The position numbers and the translations under genes were made by a program. This document shows, piece after piece, positions 44,256 to 54,655 of a stretch of DNA of 64,000 nucleotides. The stretch lies in assembly GCA_000092065.1 (NCBI GenBank), contig CP000593.1; one strand, 5' to 3'. The notes under the pieces are model-generated. The model made no database searches. It was given only the letters and a program-made list of their open reading frames with translations, and was not told the origin of the DNA. The first letter of the stretch is position 1. Every line of letters begins with the position of its first letter. This DNA is from Ostreococcus lucimarinus (Eukaryota).

Positions 44256-47200
44256 TTGCGCGATGACTTCCCGGACTGTTTGCCCATACGGAAACTGCCG
44301 CGGACGATTTCGAGCCGTTCGTTCGCCCGTCGCCGCACCGCGCGACGCGCGACGACGGCGACGCGGGCGCCGACGCGCGGCGCGGCGACGACGGCGACGA
44401 TGACGCCGCGCGTCGCGACGACGGCGACGACGCGCCCGACGCCGCGCGCGACGCGAGACGAGAGACGCGCGCGCGGAGGACGACGCGCGGCGGCTGCGGC
44501 GCACGATGGACGACGAAGCGACGCGATGGGACGCGCGATGACGACGCGGGGAGGCGAACGAACGACGCGAGGACGATCGACGTCGTACGATGAAGCGATG
44601 ACGACGCGGGAGTCGGGAGAGACGCGACCGAGACGCGCGGAGACGACGATGGAGGGCGAGGGCGGGTGCGCGGCGACGGCGACGCGGACGACGAACGCGC
44701 AGGGCGTGCACACGGTGTCGATCGCGCTGAAGACGCTGCCGAAGGGAGTGGCGAACGCGAGGGAGGTGACGTTTCATTGGGGGGTGATGCGGGAAAAGAC
44801 GGGGAAGACGTGGCAGGTGTTGCCGAGCGAGTTGCACCCGCCGAACACCGAATATTACAAGGGCGACAAGGCGATGCGGAGCGCGTTTCCGGTGTGGGGA
44901 CCGGTGAACTTAGTGCTCGATCCGCAGGCGAAGAGCGTCGCGTTCGCGCTGTACGTCGAAAAGACTGGAGAGTGGATCAACGCGGTCGGGGGTGGGAATT
45001 TCGAGATCGACCTCGCGGCGGAAACGCCGTCGACGGCGGTCAAAGCGGCGGCGAGCGCCGTCGAAGCGCCCGCGCCGACGCCGAAGGAGGAAATCCTGAA
45101 GACGGCGCCGAAGGTGACTGTGAAGGCGACGGCGACAGAGATGACGAGTGCACTCACCGATCCCATCGAGCTTCTCATCGCGGACATGGCTCGTGTGGAA
45201 TGGGAAGCCGTCGGACGTCCGGGCCTCGACGCCCAGACTCGGGACGACATGCTCAGGCGCGCGGCGGATCAAATCAAAAGTAAGCTCGCCGAGGGTATGA
45301 GTTTTGAGCAAATCGCGGCCGGTGACGCTAGCGTGAAGAGTGTTCCCAAGGTTGTCGCGACTGAAGCGCCCAAGGTGGTTGCGAAGACGATTGAGACGCC
45401 AATCGCGACGAAGAAGTTTTCCCTCGAGGATTTCCAGGCTGTCGCGCAGGACAGAGCGACCGACGACACGAACGTCAAGTGGAATAAACTGTACGAAGAA
45501 GGTGGTACGACGATATTCGTGGAGGCGCGAGAAGTGAATGGTAGTGGGATCCAATTACACGTCTTGGCGGACTCCAAAGACGATCTTATCATTCATTGGG
45601 GCGCGACGACGACGACGGATGGCTCATGGAAACCGCCGCCGCACGGTTTCAGCACTCAACCCTCTCGTTCATGGGCTTCCTCGGGCAGCAGTTGGGAGAC
45701 TGAGCTCGAACGCATCAGTCCCAATCTTCGAGCGGTGACTTTGGATGTGCCGTTGGATGTAAAAGCGCGCGAGGGCATCATCTTTGTGCTACGAACAACG
45801 TCAAACAAATGGATCAAGAATGGTCGAGACGACTTTTTTGCCTCCCTCGAGGGTTCGGTTCTCGAGCGTCCGGCTAAGACGGAGAAAAAGTCGGAGCGTC
45901 GCAAAGATTCCCAACAAGATCGATCGCGTAAAGAGAGCCGTAGCGAACCAGTCGTCGTCAAAGTCGCGAAGAAGGAGAAGCCTGCGCCAATCAAGCGAGA
46001 CCGCTGGGACGTCGACGACATCGCGCTCGATCAGGGCGTATTCCAAAACTTGGGCGGTTTTGTCGCGCAGGATATGGTTGACAGGATTTGTGGCGAAGAA
46101 TCGGGTGCAACACGATCTTTGATGCATCGATACAACGCTGGCGCAGACATGTTGGGCGCAATGCACGGCGCGGGCGAACCCGGACTCACCGCCCTCTTCT
46201 GTTGGTTCCGCTTCATGGCGTTGAGACAGTTGGTCTGGAATAACGATTACAACATCAAGCCACGAGAAATTAGTGCAGCGCAGGCGAGAATGACAGAGGG
46301 TCTGAGTGCGATTTACAGACAAGATCCTGAGTACAGAGACATCGTGCGTCTCATCATGGCTACGATTGGCAGAGGTGGCGACGGAGACGTCGGTCAGCGC
46401 ATTCGAGACGAGATTCTTGCCGTTCAGCAAAAGAACAACTGCAAGGGTGGAATGATGGAAGAGTGGCATCAAAAGTTGCACAACAACACGTCGCCGGACG
46501 ATGTTCCTATTTGTGAGGCGTTGCTCAAATTTATTGCGGCAGATTGCGACATCAGCGTTTATTGGGCGCACCTTCACGCCAACGGCATTGACGCCGCGCG
46601 GATGAAAGCTTACGACCGCCAAATTTGTAGCGAACCCAGCTTCTCTCGAGATCAATACGAAGGTTTGACGGCTGATTTGACCGAGTATCTTCGCACGCTG
46701 AAGGCGGTGCACTCTGGTGCTGATCTTGATTCAGCCGCAGAGGCGTGCCTCGGTTACCACCAAGATGCGTGCAAAGGTAAGGAGATCAATATTCCTCCGA
46801 TTCGTGAAGTTGCGAGCGAACGTCTGGAAGAGCTCTTATGCGCAGCGCGAGAGTTACGTTCTGAAGATCCTTTGCTCGCGCTCGAAGCGATGATTGAGGC
46901 GAGAAGATACCTTTGGACGTGGACTCGTCCCGGCGGAAAATCAAACGATCGCATCAAGGATGTCATTTATCTCGATCTTGCGTTAGAAGGTGCGGCGCGT
47001 TCGGTCATCGAAGGATCTCTTGAATCTTTGCCTACTCGAGCTCCTTACGAAGTTTTGAGAATCATGAGCCTCGTCCTCGAGAATCTTTGCATGTCTGCAA
47101 GCGGCAACCACGAGTTGCGCATTTGCCTGAAAGAGTGGCAAAATGTGCTTGAAGCAGCGAGACGCCAAGGAGATTGGGCTTTGCAGGCAAAAGCGGTGTG

Positions 47201-48833
47201 CGATCGACTGCAAAACTCGCTTGGCGAAATTTCTCAGCGCTATATTGACGCACTTCAGCCGACGGCACAGAGCATGGGAAACAAGCTCGGTGTGGATGGA
47301 CACGTGCTCGACCTGTTCTCGGAAGAAATCATCCGTGGAACTGCAGCGGCGCCACTTTCTCAAATGCTCAGAGTTCTCGACCCAGTTATTCGTAATGTTG
47401 CGAACATGGGCAGCTGGCAAATCGTCAGTAACGCCGAGTGTAGTGGCGTGATTGTTTCGGTCGCATCCCTCGCCGATGTGCAAAATGTCAAGTATTCTCA
47501 ACCGACTGTCATTATTGCCGACCGCGTTGGTGGCGAAGAGGACATTCCGGTTGGCGTGGTCGCGATCGTTACTCCTGATATGCCAGATGTGCTGTCTCAC
47601 TGCGCCGTTCGCGCCCGTAACGAAAAGGTTCTTTTCGCTACTTTGTTTGACGTGAATGTTCTAGAACAGATGAAAGCCATGACCGGGAAATCCGTGCAAC
47701 TCAAGCCGTCTGCGCAGGGCGACGATTTGCAATTCGATGTTGTCGACGGCATCATCGGTACCGACGCGGAGGTCATAGCAACATCGTCGAGCGATTCCGT
47801 TTCGAGTGACATATCGATCATCAAACGTCCGTTTCAAGGAAAATTTGTCGCCACGTCATCAGAGTTTACCCCAGAGCTTGTCGGCGGCAAATCTCGAAAC
47901 TTGCAACTCCTTCGCGGTCGAGTCTCAAACCTCATAAAGTTACCGCCGTCCGTTGCGATGCCTTTTGGTACGTTCGATGCAGTTCTTGATGTCCCTGAGA
48001 ATGCAGGCGCAAAGAGACAAATTGCAGAGTTAGTCAAACAACTTGAAGCGTACGACTCCACAGACGGCGTTGGCTTCAAAGCACTCATTGCGGAAGTCAA
48101 GGCATGTATCGCCACTTTAAAACCGACGGCCGACCTGTCGAAAAGTTTGAAAGTCGCCTTCGAAGCCGAATCACTCGGTTGGCCGGGAGATCTCGTGACG
48201 AGCGCTCAAGGTCAAAAGGCATGGAAGACGATTCTTGGCGTATGGGCAAGCAAGTACAACGAGCGAGCCGTTTTGAGTTGCAAAAAGGCAGGGCTGAATC
48301 ACGCCGATTTGTCCATGGCTGTGCTTTGTCAGCCCGTCGTTCGTGCGCGATACGCATTCGTACTGCACACAGTGAATCCACAAAACAACGACAAGAGCGA
48401 AATTTACGGTGAGCTTGTGTGTGGTCTGGGCGAAGCGCTCGTCGGTAACTTTTCTGGTCGAGCATTGTCATTCAAGACATCCAAGAGCAATTTGGATAAT
48501 CCGACCGTCGTCGGGTTCCCTTCGAAGTCAAAAGGACTTTTCATGGAGCAAGATTCACTTATTTTCCGATCCGATAGTAACGGCGAAGACCTGGAAGGGT
48601 TCGCCGGTGCGGGCTTGTACGATAGCATCACCATGGAGGAGGCAACGTTGAAAAACGTCGACTACTCCACCGACAGCCTCATTACGGACGAAACCAAGCG
48701 ACAAAAGCTTTTAGCGACCATCTCCAAGGTTGCACTAGAGATTGAGACACTTTGTGGGTCTCCTCAAGACATTGAGGGCGCGATATCTGAAGATGGGCAG
48801 CTCTACATCGTTCAAACGCGACCTCAAGTGTAG
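44256..48833 (+). CDS. GWD: Alpha-glucan, water dikinase (GWD/R1-type starch phosphorylating enzyme) with tandem N-terminal CBM45 modules
   Basis: Two CBM45-like modules (VTFHWGVMREKTGKTWQVLP... and LIIHWGATTTTDGSWKPPP...). Phosphohistidine domain PDVLSHCAVRARNEKVLFATLFD. C-terminal nucleotide-binding domain ending EDGQLYIVQTRPQV. The N-terminus is R/T/A-rich and transit-peptide-like. Confidence 0.9.
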   Translation: MRDDFPDCLPIRKLPRTISSRSFARRRTARRATTATRAPTRGAATTATMTPRVATTATTRPTPRATRDERRARGGRRAAAAAHDGRRSDAMGRAMTTRGGERTTRGRSTSYDEAMTTRESGETRPRRAETTMEGEGGCAATATRTTNAQGVHTVSIALKTLPKGVANAREVTFHWGVMREKTGKTWQVLPSELHPPNTEYYKGDKAMRSAFPVWGPVNLVLDPQAKSVAFALYVEKTGEWINAVGGGNFEIDLAAETPSTAVKAAASAVEAPAPTPKEEILKTAPKVTVKATATEMTSALTDPIELLIADMARVEWEAVGRPGLDAQTRDDMLRRAADQIKSKLAEGMSFEQIAAGDASVKSVPKVVATEAPKVVAKTIETPIATKKFSLEDFQAVAQDRATDDTNVKWNKLYEEGGTTIFVEAREVNGSGIQLHVLADSKDDLIIHWGATTTTDGSWKPPPHGFSTQPSRSWASSGSSWETELERISPNLRAVTLDVPLDVKAREGIIFVLRTTSNKWIKNGRDDFFASLEGSVLERPAKTEKKSERRKDSQQDRSRKESRSEPVVVKVAKKEKPAPIKRDRWDVDDIALDQGVFQNLGGFVAQDMVDRICGEESGATRSLMHRYNAGADMLGAMHGAGEPGLTALFCWFRFMALRQLVWNNDYNIKPREISAAQARMTEGLSAIYRQDPEYRDIVRLIMATIGRGGDGDVGQRIRDEILAVQQKNNCKGGMMEEWHQKLHNNTSPDDVPICEALLKFIAADCDISVYWAHLHANGIDAARMKAYDRQICSEPSFSRDQYEGLTADLTEYLRTLKAVHSGADLDSAAEACLGYHQDACKGKEINIPPIREVASERLEELLCAARELRSEDPLLALEAMIEARRYLWTWTRPGGKSNDRIKDVIYLDLALEGAARSVIEGSLESLPTRAPYEVLRIMSLVLENLCMSASGNHELRICLKEWQNVLEAARRQGDWALQAKAVCDRLQNSLGEISQRYIDALQPTAQSMGNKLGVDGHVLDLFSEEIIRGTAAAPLSQMLRVLDPVIRNVANMGSWQIVSNAECSGVIVSVASLADVQNVKYSQPTVIIADRVGGEEDIPVGVVAIVTPDMPDVLSHCAVRARNEKVLFATLFDVNVLEQMKAMTGKSVQLKPSAQGDDLQFDVVDGIIGTDAEVIATSSSDSVSSDISIIKRPFQGKFVATSSEFTPELVGGKSRNLQLLRGRVSNLIKLPPSVAMPFGTFDAVLDVPENAGAKRQIAELVKQLEAYDSTDGVGFKALIAEVKACIATLKPTADLSKSLKVAFEAESLGWPGDLVTSAQGQKAWKTILGVWASKYNERAVLSCKKAGLNHADLSMAVLCQPVVRARYAFVLHTVNPQNNDKSEIYGELVCGLGEALVGNFSGRALSFKTSKSNLDNPTVVGFPSKSKGLFMEQDSLIFRSDSNGEDLEGFAGAGLYDSITMEEATLKNVDYSTDSLITDETKRQKLLATISKVALEIETLCGSPQDIEGAISEDGQLYIVQTRPQV

Positions 48834-48896
48834 ATGCCCGCGCGCGCGGGCACCCATCAAGTATACATCTGCAACGCGCTTCAATTAGTAGTTATT

Positions 48897-48901
48897 GTAA
48901 A
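48897..48901 (+). promoter_or_regulatory. TGTAA polyadenylation signal (green-algal type) 64 nt downstream of the GWD stop
   Basis: tgtaa lies in the AT-richer 3' intergenic region shared with the convergent fumarate reductase gene. Confidence 0.45.
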
Positions 48902-49045
48902 CTTAACGCACGCTAATGATAACGTGAAAGTGAGTCCGAATTTTATTTGACAAAACCGCTATCGAACCGTGATGTACGTACAGTAAATGGAGTGTTGTTA
49001 TAAGCGCAAGATGCGAGTTTTAAGGCGACCGAGTTACGTGTCAAA

Positions 49046-50938
49046 TCACGCGACGGTTCCAATCTTCGCGTCTGGAGAGAGATATTTCTTCAAGACGTTC
49101 GGAGGGTGGAGCATGTTGAACTCTTCAGTGGCATCCTTTCCGGCGAAGAGCATGATCGCTTTCTTTCCACCTGGATGATCGGGCAAGAAAGTCGTGAGAT
49201 CGTAAACGGCGCCCTCGATGATGACCCAGAGGTCGCCCTCGGAGTTGTGCTTCGCGATTTCATCCATGGTGATAGCGCGAGCACCGCCACCGCTAGACAC
49301 TGGCGCGGCGGACGCCGTGCTCATGGATGGGTTGATCTTGTCGTTCAAGTTAGCGACGCGATTAAGAGCGACGGATTGACCAGATCTAAGCGCCTTGATA
49401 GCCGTCGCCATGAGGTGTCGAGAAACTGAGGCACCCGCGACGCGACCAAAGACGACGCAATCCAACAGAGAGTTACCACCGAGTCGGTTACGGCCGTGAA
49501 TACCCCCAACGACCTCGCCCGCACCGTATAAACCAGGAATCGGTCCTGACGACCCGACGATTTGCGAATCAGTGTTGATGGCGAGTCCACCCATGGTGTA
49601 GTGCACGACGGTGCACACGATGGCGGAGTGAAAGAAATCATTCATTTCGAACGGAGCGTTGGTGAAAAACTTTTTACCGAACGGACACTTCTTCGTTCGA
49701 GCGGCTTCGTTGTACTTGGCAAAGGTGTCGGCGAGCTTTTGTGGACTGATGCCCATTTCTTTTGCAACTTCGGCACCCGTATCGTGACGCTTCATGATGC
49801 CTCGCCCGACGTAATGCTTGCAGTGCCATTCGATCTCCTTTGAAGCCTTGCCGTTCAGAATCAAACGGAAAGGCCCTTTGTTTCTGTTCATTTCACCACT
49901 GACGTAGTCTCGTCGACCGAGCTCATCGGCGAATCTGTTCCCGTCTGCGTCCAGGAGGATGCCTCCGACGCCTCGAAGCGCCTCGGCGGCTAAGAACTTC
50001 ACCTTGGAATCTGGCTCTGAAGGGTTGACTAATCCGGTAGGATGCACTTGCACAGACTCCATATCGATCGTATCCGCTCCGACGGCCAAGGCCATCTTGA
50101 TTCCATCCCCCGTGCAGTGGTCACCGTTCGTCGTCGGCAGCGCCTGCAAGTCGGGTCGGTACTTTTTCAACAACGAGTCTGACTGGTAATCCGCACCGAA
50201 ACCACCGGTAGCGATGACGACTGGACCGTACTCTTGATGTAAAGCGCCACCCTTCTCGTATTCCACCCCGATCACGGTACCACTTCCGTCCTTTAGCAAC
50301 CGCTTTGCCTCGGCTTTGGTCACGATTCGCGCAATTTCCCCATTCGTCTCCTCCATAATCTTCTCCAACCCCTCCATCAGGGCGTACGTGATCGTGAACC
50401 CTGGGAACCGCTCTTTGCCTCGATGCGTTCGCGGGAACGAGTGCCCACCGAGCTGCGCGACGAGGGACAAGTCAAGGTTAAACTTTTCCATCAACCAATC
50501 CACGCTCGAACCGCTTCCTTGCGCCAGCACCTTTGCGAGCGGCACCGTGTGTGCCGGCGCTTCGGTGTGCCCGACGCCCGCCGCGCCCTTGATGATATCA
50601 TCTTCAAACTTATCAGCGCTGTCGGGAATGTTCAACCGCGCCTGCGTCTTCGTCAACGCTCCGTTAATCCCACTCGTCGCCTTCGTGCTGTTCCCGCCCA
50701 GGAAGGAACATTTGTCGAGCAACACGACGCGCGCGCCGTGTTCGATGACGGTGTGCGCCGCGGACAGGCCCGCGAGACCACCGCCGATGACGATGACTTG
50801 ATCAGCCATGTCGACGGCGAGTCTGACGACGCACGACGACGCGTTATGACGACGAACACGCGCCGCAATCCGATCGCGATTATTTTTAACGACCTCGCGA
50901 TGGGACGTCGGTCGAGGTTCGCGAACCGCGCTCGGCAC
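49046..50938 (-). CDS. Soluble FAD-dependent fumarate reductase (OSM1/FRDS-like flavoprotein) fused to a C-terminal cytochrome b5 domain
   Basis: FAD-binding N-terminus QVIVIGGGLAGLSAAHTVIEHGARVVLLDKCSFLGGNSTKATSGING, then the flavocytochrome-c fumarate reductase core. The C-terminal b5 domain reads ITMDEIAKHNSEGDLWVIIEGAVYDLTTFLPDHPGGKKAIMLFAGKDATEEF. An alternative start is MADQVIVIGGG (ATG 50809); the upstream 43 codons look like a targeting peptide. Confidence 0.85.
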   Translation of the reverse strand: MPSAVREPRPTSHREVVKNNRDRIAARVRRHNASSCVVRLAVDMADQVIVIGGGLAGLSAAHTVIEHGARVVLLDKCSFLGGNSTKATSGINGALTKTQARLNIPDSADKFEDDIIKGAAGVGHTEAPAHTVPLAKVLAQGSGSSVDWLMEKFNLDLSLVAQLGGHSFPRTHRGKERFPGFTITYALMEGLEKIMEETNGEIARIVTKAEAKRLLKDGSGTVIGVEYEKGGALHQEYGPVVIATGGFGADYQSDSLLKKYRPDLQALPTTNGDHCTGDGIKMALAVGADTIDMESVQVHPTGLVNPSEPDSKVKFLAAEALRGVGGILLDADGNRFADELGRRDYVSGEMNRNKGPFRLILNGKASKEIEWHCKHYVGRGIMKRHDTGAEVAKEMGISPQKLADTFAKYNEAARTKKCPFGKKFFTNAPFEMNDFFHSAIVCTVVHYTMGGLAINTDSQIVGSSGPIPGLYGAGEVVGGIHGRNRLGGNSLLDCVVFGRVAGASVSRHLMATAIKALRSGQSVALNRVANLNDKINPSMSTASAAPVSSGGGARAITMDEIAKHNSEGDLWVIIEGAVYDLTTFLPDHPGGKKAIMLFAGKDATEEFNMLHPPNVLKKYLSPDAKIGTVA

Positions 50939-51051
50939 CGGGACGAGATTTTAGAGACTGTGCTCGACAAACGACGCGATGAAGTCGTCGAGGGGGGAGA
51001 GAGTGGAGCGAAAACGACGCGATGACAACACAAAAATAGTATAATGTTACA

Positions 51052-53655
51052 TCACGCCGCGAGCTCTGTCGCGAGCGCGCTCAAGAGGACGTCGCACGCG
51101 TCTTTGGACGTCGTCGGCGCGCACATGAGGTAGACGACGTTACCCAGAGGACGCGCTTGGATGGAGTGGGGAAGAAGACGCATGACGACGTCTCGAGCGG
51201 CGTTGGAGCTATAACCACCTTCACCTTCGACCTCGAGCTCGACGGCGAGGACACAACCCTGACCGATGACTCGGCGAACGTTGCTCAAAGTGGAAATTTT
51301 CTTCAACGCGTCCTCGTCCCAGAGCTCGCGAAGCACCGACGTAGGCTCGCCCGTACTCGAAGACTTTGAGACGATCACGTTGCGATTTTTCGCGGGGTCT
51401 TTGTACATAGAAAGCGCTTTCGCCGCCACGGCGCATCCCATGGGGTATGCCGTGTACGAGTGCCCGTGTAACAAGCCCTGGGCTTTTCCAGGGCCGTAAA
51501 AAGCGTCGAAGACATCCGCCGTCGCGAGCGTGGCTGACATGGGAATGAGCCCACCAGTGAGAAGTTTTGCGTAGCACGAAATATCGGGTTTTTCGCCTAT
51601 GATTTCCCACGCACCTTCCGTGCCTAATCGCCAAATGCCAGCAAATACCTCGTCCAAGACGACTGGAATCTTTCGCTCGCGGCACGACTTCATGAGAATG
51701 TTTTGAAACAACGGATCAATCAAAACCATCCCACCTGCACCGTGAAGCACGGGTTCCATGATTAAAGCCCCGACGTGACCCATGTTATTATCCTTGGCGT
51801 CTTTCGCGGCGCGTTCTAAGACTTTGTCGATCGCAATTTTGTATTCTTTTGCGAGCGGGCTGTCGAGACGCGCAGCGATGTTGAAAGCCGCCTCCTTGCT
51901 AGTCCAACTGGTGTTCTCATCCACATCTTTGCCTTCGCGGAAGAGTCGATCGCCGTCGTTCAATAATCCATCACGCGGCAACGCCACGTTCCAACGTCCT
52001 TCTCTGATCGCTAAACTCGGAGGCTGAAGGAACAGTCCGCGAGGTTGGTACCAGGGCGTTTGCATTGGACCCGTAAAAACGCTCGGTGATTGCATATCCA
52101 TCGCACCGAGAGTATCACCGTGATACGAACCATCCAATGCTATTATTCGCAGCGGAGGTAAGTCATCGGCTCCTTTGTTGACGAGATCTTTCGCTCTCTG
52201 ATTGCCGTCTTTAGACACAAAGCCTGCGTCGACGTAAAACTTGCGAAAAGCCATTTTCAACCCAACCTCTGTCGCAGTCGATCCGTTGTCGGAATAAAAT
52301 GCTCTAGCTGCCCAACCTTTCCCAGGTCCTTCTAATAATGCCGTCGTCGCGTCCACGGCGGGCTGGTGCACGTTTTCTGGAAACATCGCGTGCCCGAATC
52401 GTCCCGCCGCATGCGTCGCGGTGCGAACCAACTCTTGCTGCAATTCTGGACTCAAACCTTGCGTCCACCAACTCGCTGAACCATCAAAGCGAAGTACTAT
52501 GGAGCCATCTTTCGATGAGTGCGTGTTTTGGGCGTAGATTGCGAAATCTTCACCATATCTCCCATCGATCACCGTGACGGCGTCGCGCTCCACCATCGCG
52601 TGCTGCGTAAACGGCCACCAAATCTTCGTCAGAGCCTCGTCTGGAAGACTTTGCAGAGTTTTGATGCGATCGTCGTGCCATTTTGTGATGTATTTCAGTA
52701 AATCGTCGAACGTGTGCTTTGAGTCTTCGAGCCAAGCGTCCGCTTGTCCTTCTGGGGGCAGAGGCGGAAGCGCCCAGACGCGGGTTTCGCTCGGCAAAAT
52801 CTTTGCCATGGCTTTGTGATTGGCCAAACCATCATCGTCCGCCATGACGATGGCGACGATGTCGTACCCTCTCGCGTGCAGTGATTCGTACGCGGCCGTG
52901 GTGGCAGATATCCCGCCCAAACGCCCGTCACCCACGAGTATGGCTGGCAATCGTAGCCCGCGCAAAAGCTCGCATTGCAGCGTTCCCGACGGCCCCGGAC
53001 TCGCCACCCCTCCCGCGGTTTCGACGAGCGCCAACGCTCGCTGCTGCCCCGATTCGTTCGCTCGCATTTTTTCCGCGAATTCTCTCAAATATCTCGACGT
53101 CGCTCGCACGATGTCATCGTCTAAAACGCCTCTCCCCTCCTCCGCCGCGCTCACGTGCGGCCCCGCGGGGCGTCGCCACGCAAACTCGGTGTGCGCCCAC
53201 GCCCCTCGATCGCCCTCTAATCCTTTCCTCGCCGTTTCTCCCGCCGCCACCGCCGCGTGTTCGCCCATGCTCTCCACGCCACCGCTCACGCGCGCCACGA
53301 ACGCGGCGTCTGAATCTTCTGGGAATCCCGTCTGCACGGGTTTCACGAAGAGCGTCCCCGCCTCCGCGCTCCGCGCCGCGCGCGCCAGTCCTCCCGACAC
53401 CAGCGTCTTCCCGACCGCGGTGTTCGCCCCCCACACCGCGAACGCGGCGCACGTCAGTTCGACGTCCCGCGCCGCCCGCGTCGCCAGCGCGCGGCGTCCC
53501 GCGTCCCGCTCGACCCGTCGCTCGCGCGCGCGCGGTAACCGCCGCGCCGTCGTCGTCGTCGTCGTCGTCGTCGTCGCGCCCGTCGTCGCGCCCGTCGTCG
53601 CGCCCGCGCATCGTCGCGCGAGCGCGCGCATCGCGTCGCGTCGTCCGCCTCGCAT
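51052..53655 (-). CDS. BIO3-BIO1: Bifunctional biotin-synthesis enzyme: dethiobiotin synthetase (BioD) fused to 7,8-diaminopelargonic acid aminotransferase (BioA), the plant/fungal BIO3-BIO1-type fusion
   Basis: BioD part: AVWGANTAVGKTLVSGGL P-loop and LVETAGGVASPGPSG...PAILVGDGRLGGIS. BioA part: the class-III aminotransferase fold LIMEPVLHGAGGMVLIDPLFQ...VLDEVFAGIWRLG. Start chosen at MRGGRRDAMRAL (ATG 53655); the stop-to-stop ORF extends to 54021 but overlaps the CSN7 gene. The N-terminal transit peptide contains a T9 run and (GATT)3. Confidence 0.85.
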   Translation of the reverse strand: MRGGRRDAMRALARRCAGATTGATTGATTTTTTTTTARRLPRARERRVERDAGRRALATRAARDVELTCAAFAVWGANTAVGKTLVSGGLARAARSAEAGTLFVKPVQTGFPEDSDAAFVARVSGGVESMGEHAAVAAGETARKGLEGDRGAWAHTEFAWRRPAGPHVSAAEEGRGVLDDDIVRATSRYLREFAEKMRANESGQQRALALVETAGGVASPGPSGTLQCELLRGLRLPAILVGDGRLGGISATTAAYESLHARGYDIVAIVMADDDGLANHKAMAKILPSETRVWALPPLPPEGQADAWLEDSKHTFDDLLKYITKWHDDRIKTLQSLPDEALTKIWWPFTQHAMVERDAVTVIDGRYGEDFAIYAQNTHSSKDGSIVLRFDGSASWWTQGLSPELQQELVRTATHAAGRFGHAMFPENVHQPAVDATTALLEGPGKGWAARAFYSDNGSTATEVGLKMAFRKFYVDAGFVSKDGNQRAKDLVNKGADDLPPLRIIALDGSYHGDTLGAMDMQSPSVFTGPMQTPWYQPRGLFLQPPSLAIREGRWNVALPRDGLLNDGDRLFREGKDVDENTSWTSKEAAFNIAARLDSPLAKEYKIAIDKVLERAAKDAKDNNMGHVGALIMEPVLHGAGGMVLIDPLFQNILMKSCRERKIPVVLDEVFAGIWRLGTEGAWEIIGEKPDISCYAKLLTGGLIPMSATLATADVFDAFYGPGKAQGLLHGHSYTAYPMGCAVAAKALSMYKDPAKNRNVIVSKSSSTGEPTSVLRELWDEDALKKISTLSNVRRVIGQGCVLAVELEVEGEGGYSSNAARDVVMRLLPHSIQARPLGNVVYLMCAPTTSKDACDVLLSALATELAA

Positions 53656-53787
53656 CGCCCTCGACCGCGCCGACGTCGCGATGTGACCGCGGAGAGAAGA
53701 ATGGATGCGTGGATGGATGGATGAACAGATGGCGCGATTGGGATTCGGGGCCGATCGATCGACACTCGCGCGCGTCGTTCGCTCGCG
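53656..53787. promoter_or_regulatory. 132-bp divergent intergenic region between the BIO3-BIO1 and CSN7 start codons
   Basis: Follows from the two start-codon positions. Confidence 0.35.
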
Positions 53788-54564
53788 ATGCGCGCCGACG
53801 ACGAGGACGATGCGATGGCGTCGATGACGCCCGACGACGGCGCGGTGACGCGGTGCGCGACGTCGATCGCGACGACGAAGACGCTCGATCGCGACGCGCT
53901 CGGCGAGGCGCTCGAGGCGCGCGACGCGATGCGCGTGACGAAGATACTGCACGCCATGGAGCGCACGGAGGGGTTCGAGTGCGCGGCGGAGGTGCGCGCG
54001 ATGGTGGAAATATTCGCGCACGGCACGCTGCGCGAATATCGCGCGCGAGCGGCAAACGAAAAGTTGCCGACGCTGACGACGCGCGAGGAGGCGAAACTGA
54101 AGCGACTGTCGACGTGCGCGCTGTGCGCGGAGGGAGGGACGATCGCGTACGTACGATTGATGCGAGAGCTGGAGTTCACGAGCGAACGCGCGATGGAAAA
54201 GTTCATCGTCGACGAGTGCCTGGGAGAAATCGTGTGGGGAAGGCTCGATCCGAAAAATAAAGTTTTACGGGTTCGACGCGCGAAGGCGAGAGACGCGCGA
54301 GCGAGCGCGCTCGACGGCGTCATCGCGGACGTCTCGCGGTGGCACGCGATAACGGAAACGATGTTGGCGAGTTTGAATGAGCAAATTGCGTACGTGTCGA
54401 GTGAAAAAGCGGAATCACTGGCGCGCGAGGACGAGCTCAACGCCGCGATAGAGGAGACGAAGAAACAACTCAAAGCCGCCGAGCCGGACGTCGCCGAGCG
54501 CGTCGACGAGGACGAGGACATGGACGAGGACGGTCCGAGCACGGGCGTGAAACGAAGACGATAG
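53788..54564 (+). CDS. CSN7: COP9 signalosome subunit 7 (CSN7)-like PCI-domain protein
   Basis: PCI region EIFAHGTLREYRARAANEKLPTLTTREEAKLKRLSTCALCAEGGTIAYVRLMRELEFTSERAMEKFIVDECLGEIVWGRLDPKNKVLRV aligns with CSN7 (FAHGTWGDYK...LKQLTVLTLAE...GKLDQ). It has an acidic C-terminal tail. Confidence 0.7.
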   Translation: MRADDEDDAMASMTPDDGAVTRCATSIATTKTLDRDALGEALEARDAMRVTKILHAMERTEGFECAAEVRAMVEIFAHGTLREYRARAANEKLPTLTTREEAKLKRLSTCALCAEGGTIAYVRLMRELEFTSERAMEKFIVDECLGEIVWGRLDPKNKVLRVRRAKARDARASALDGVIADVSRWHAITETMLASLNEQIAYVSSEKAESLAREDELNAAIEETKKQLKAAEPDVAERVDEDEDMDEDGPSTGVKRRR

Positions 54565-54595
54565 CTACGTCACGATTAGATGCGGCGCGATGATG

Positions 54596-54600
54596 TGTAA
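54596..54600 (+). promoter_or_regulatory. TGTAA polyadenylation signal 32 nt downstream of the CSN7 stop
   Basis: tgatgtgtaattttag. Confidence 0.4.
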
Positions 54601-54655
54601 TTTTAGTTGAATGCGCGTTTAGGAATTTGGTTTGAGCAGGCGTTGCTTCGTTCAA

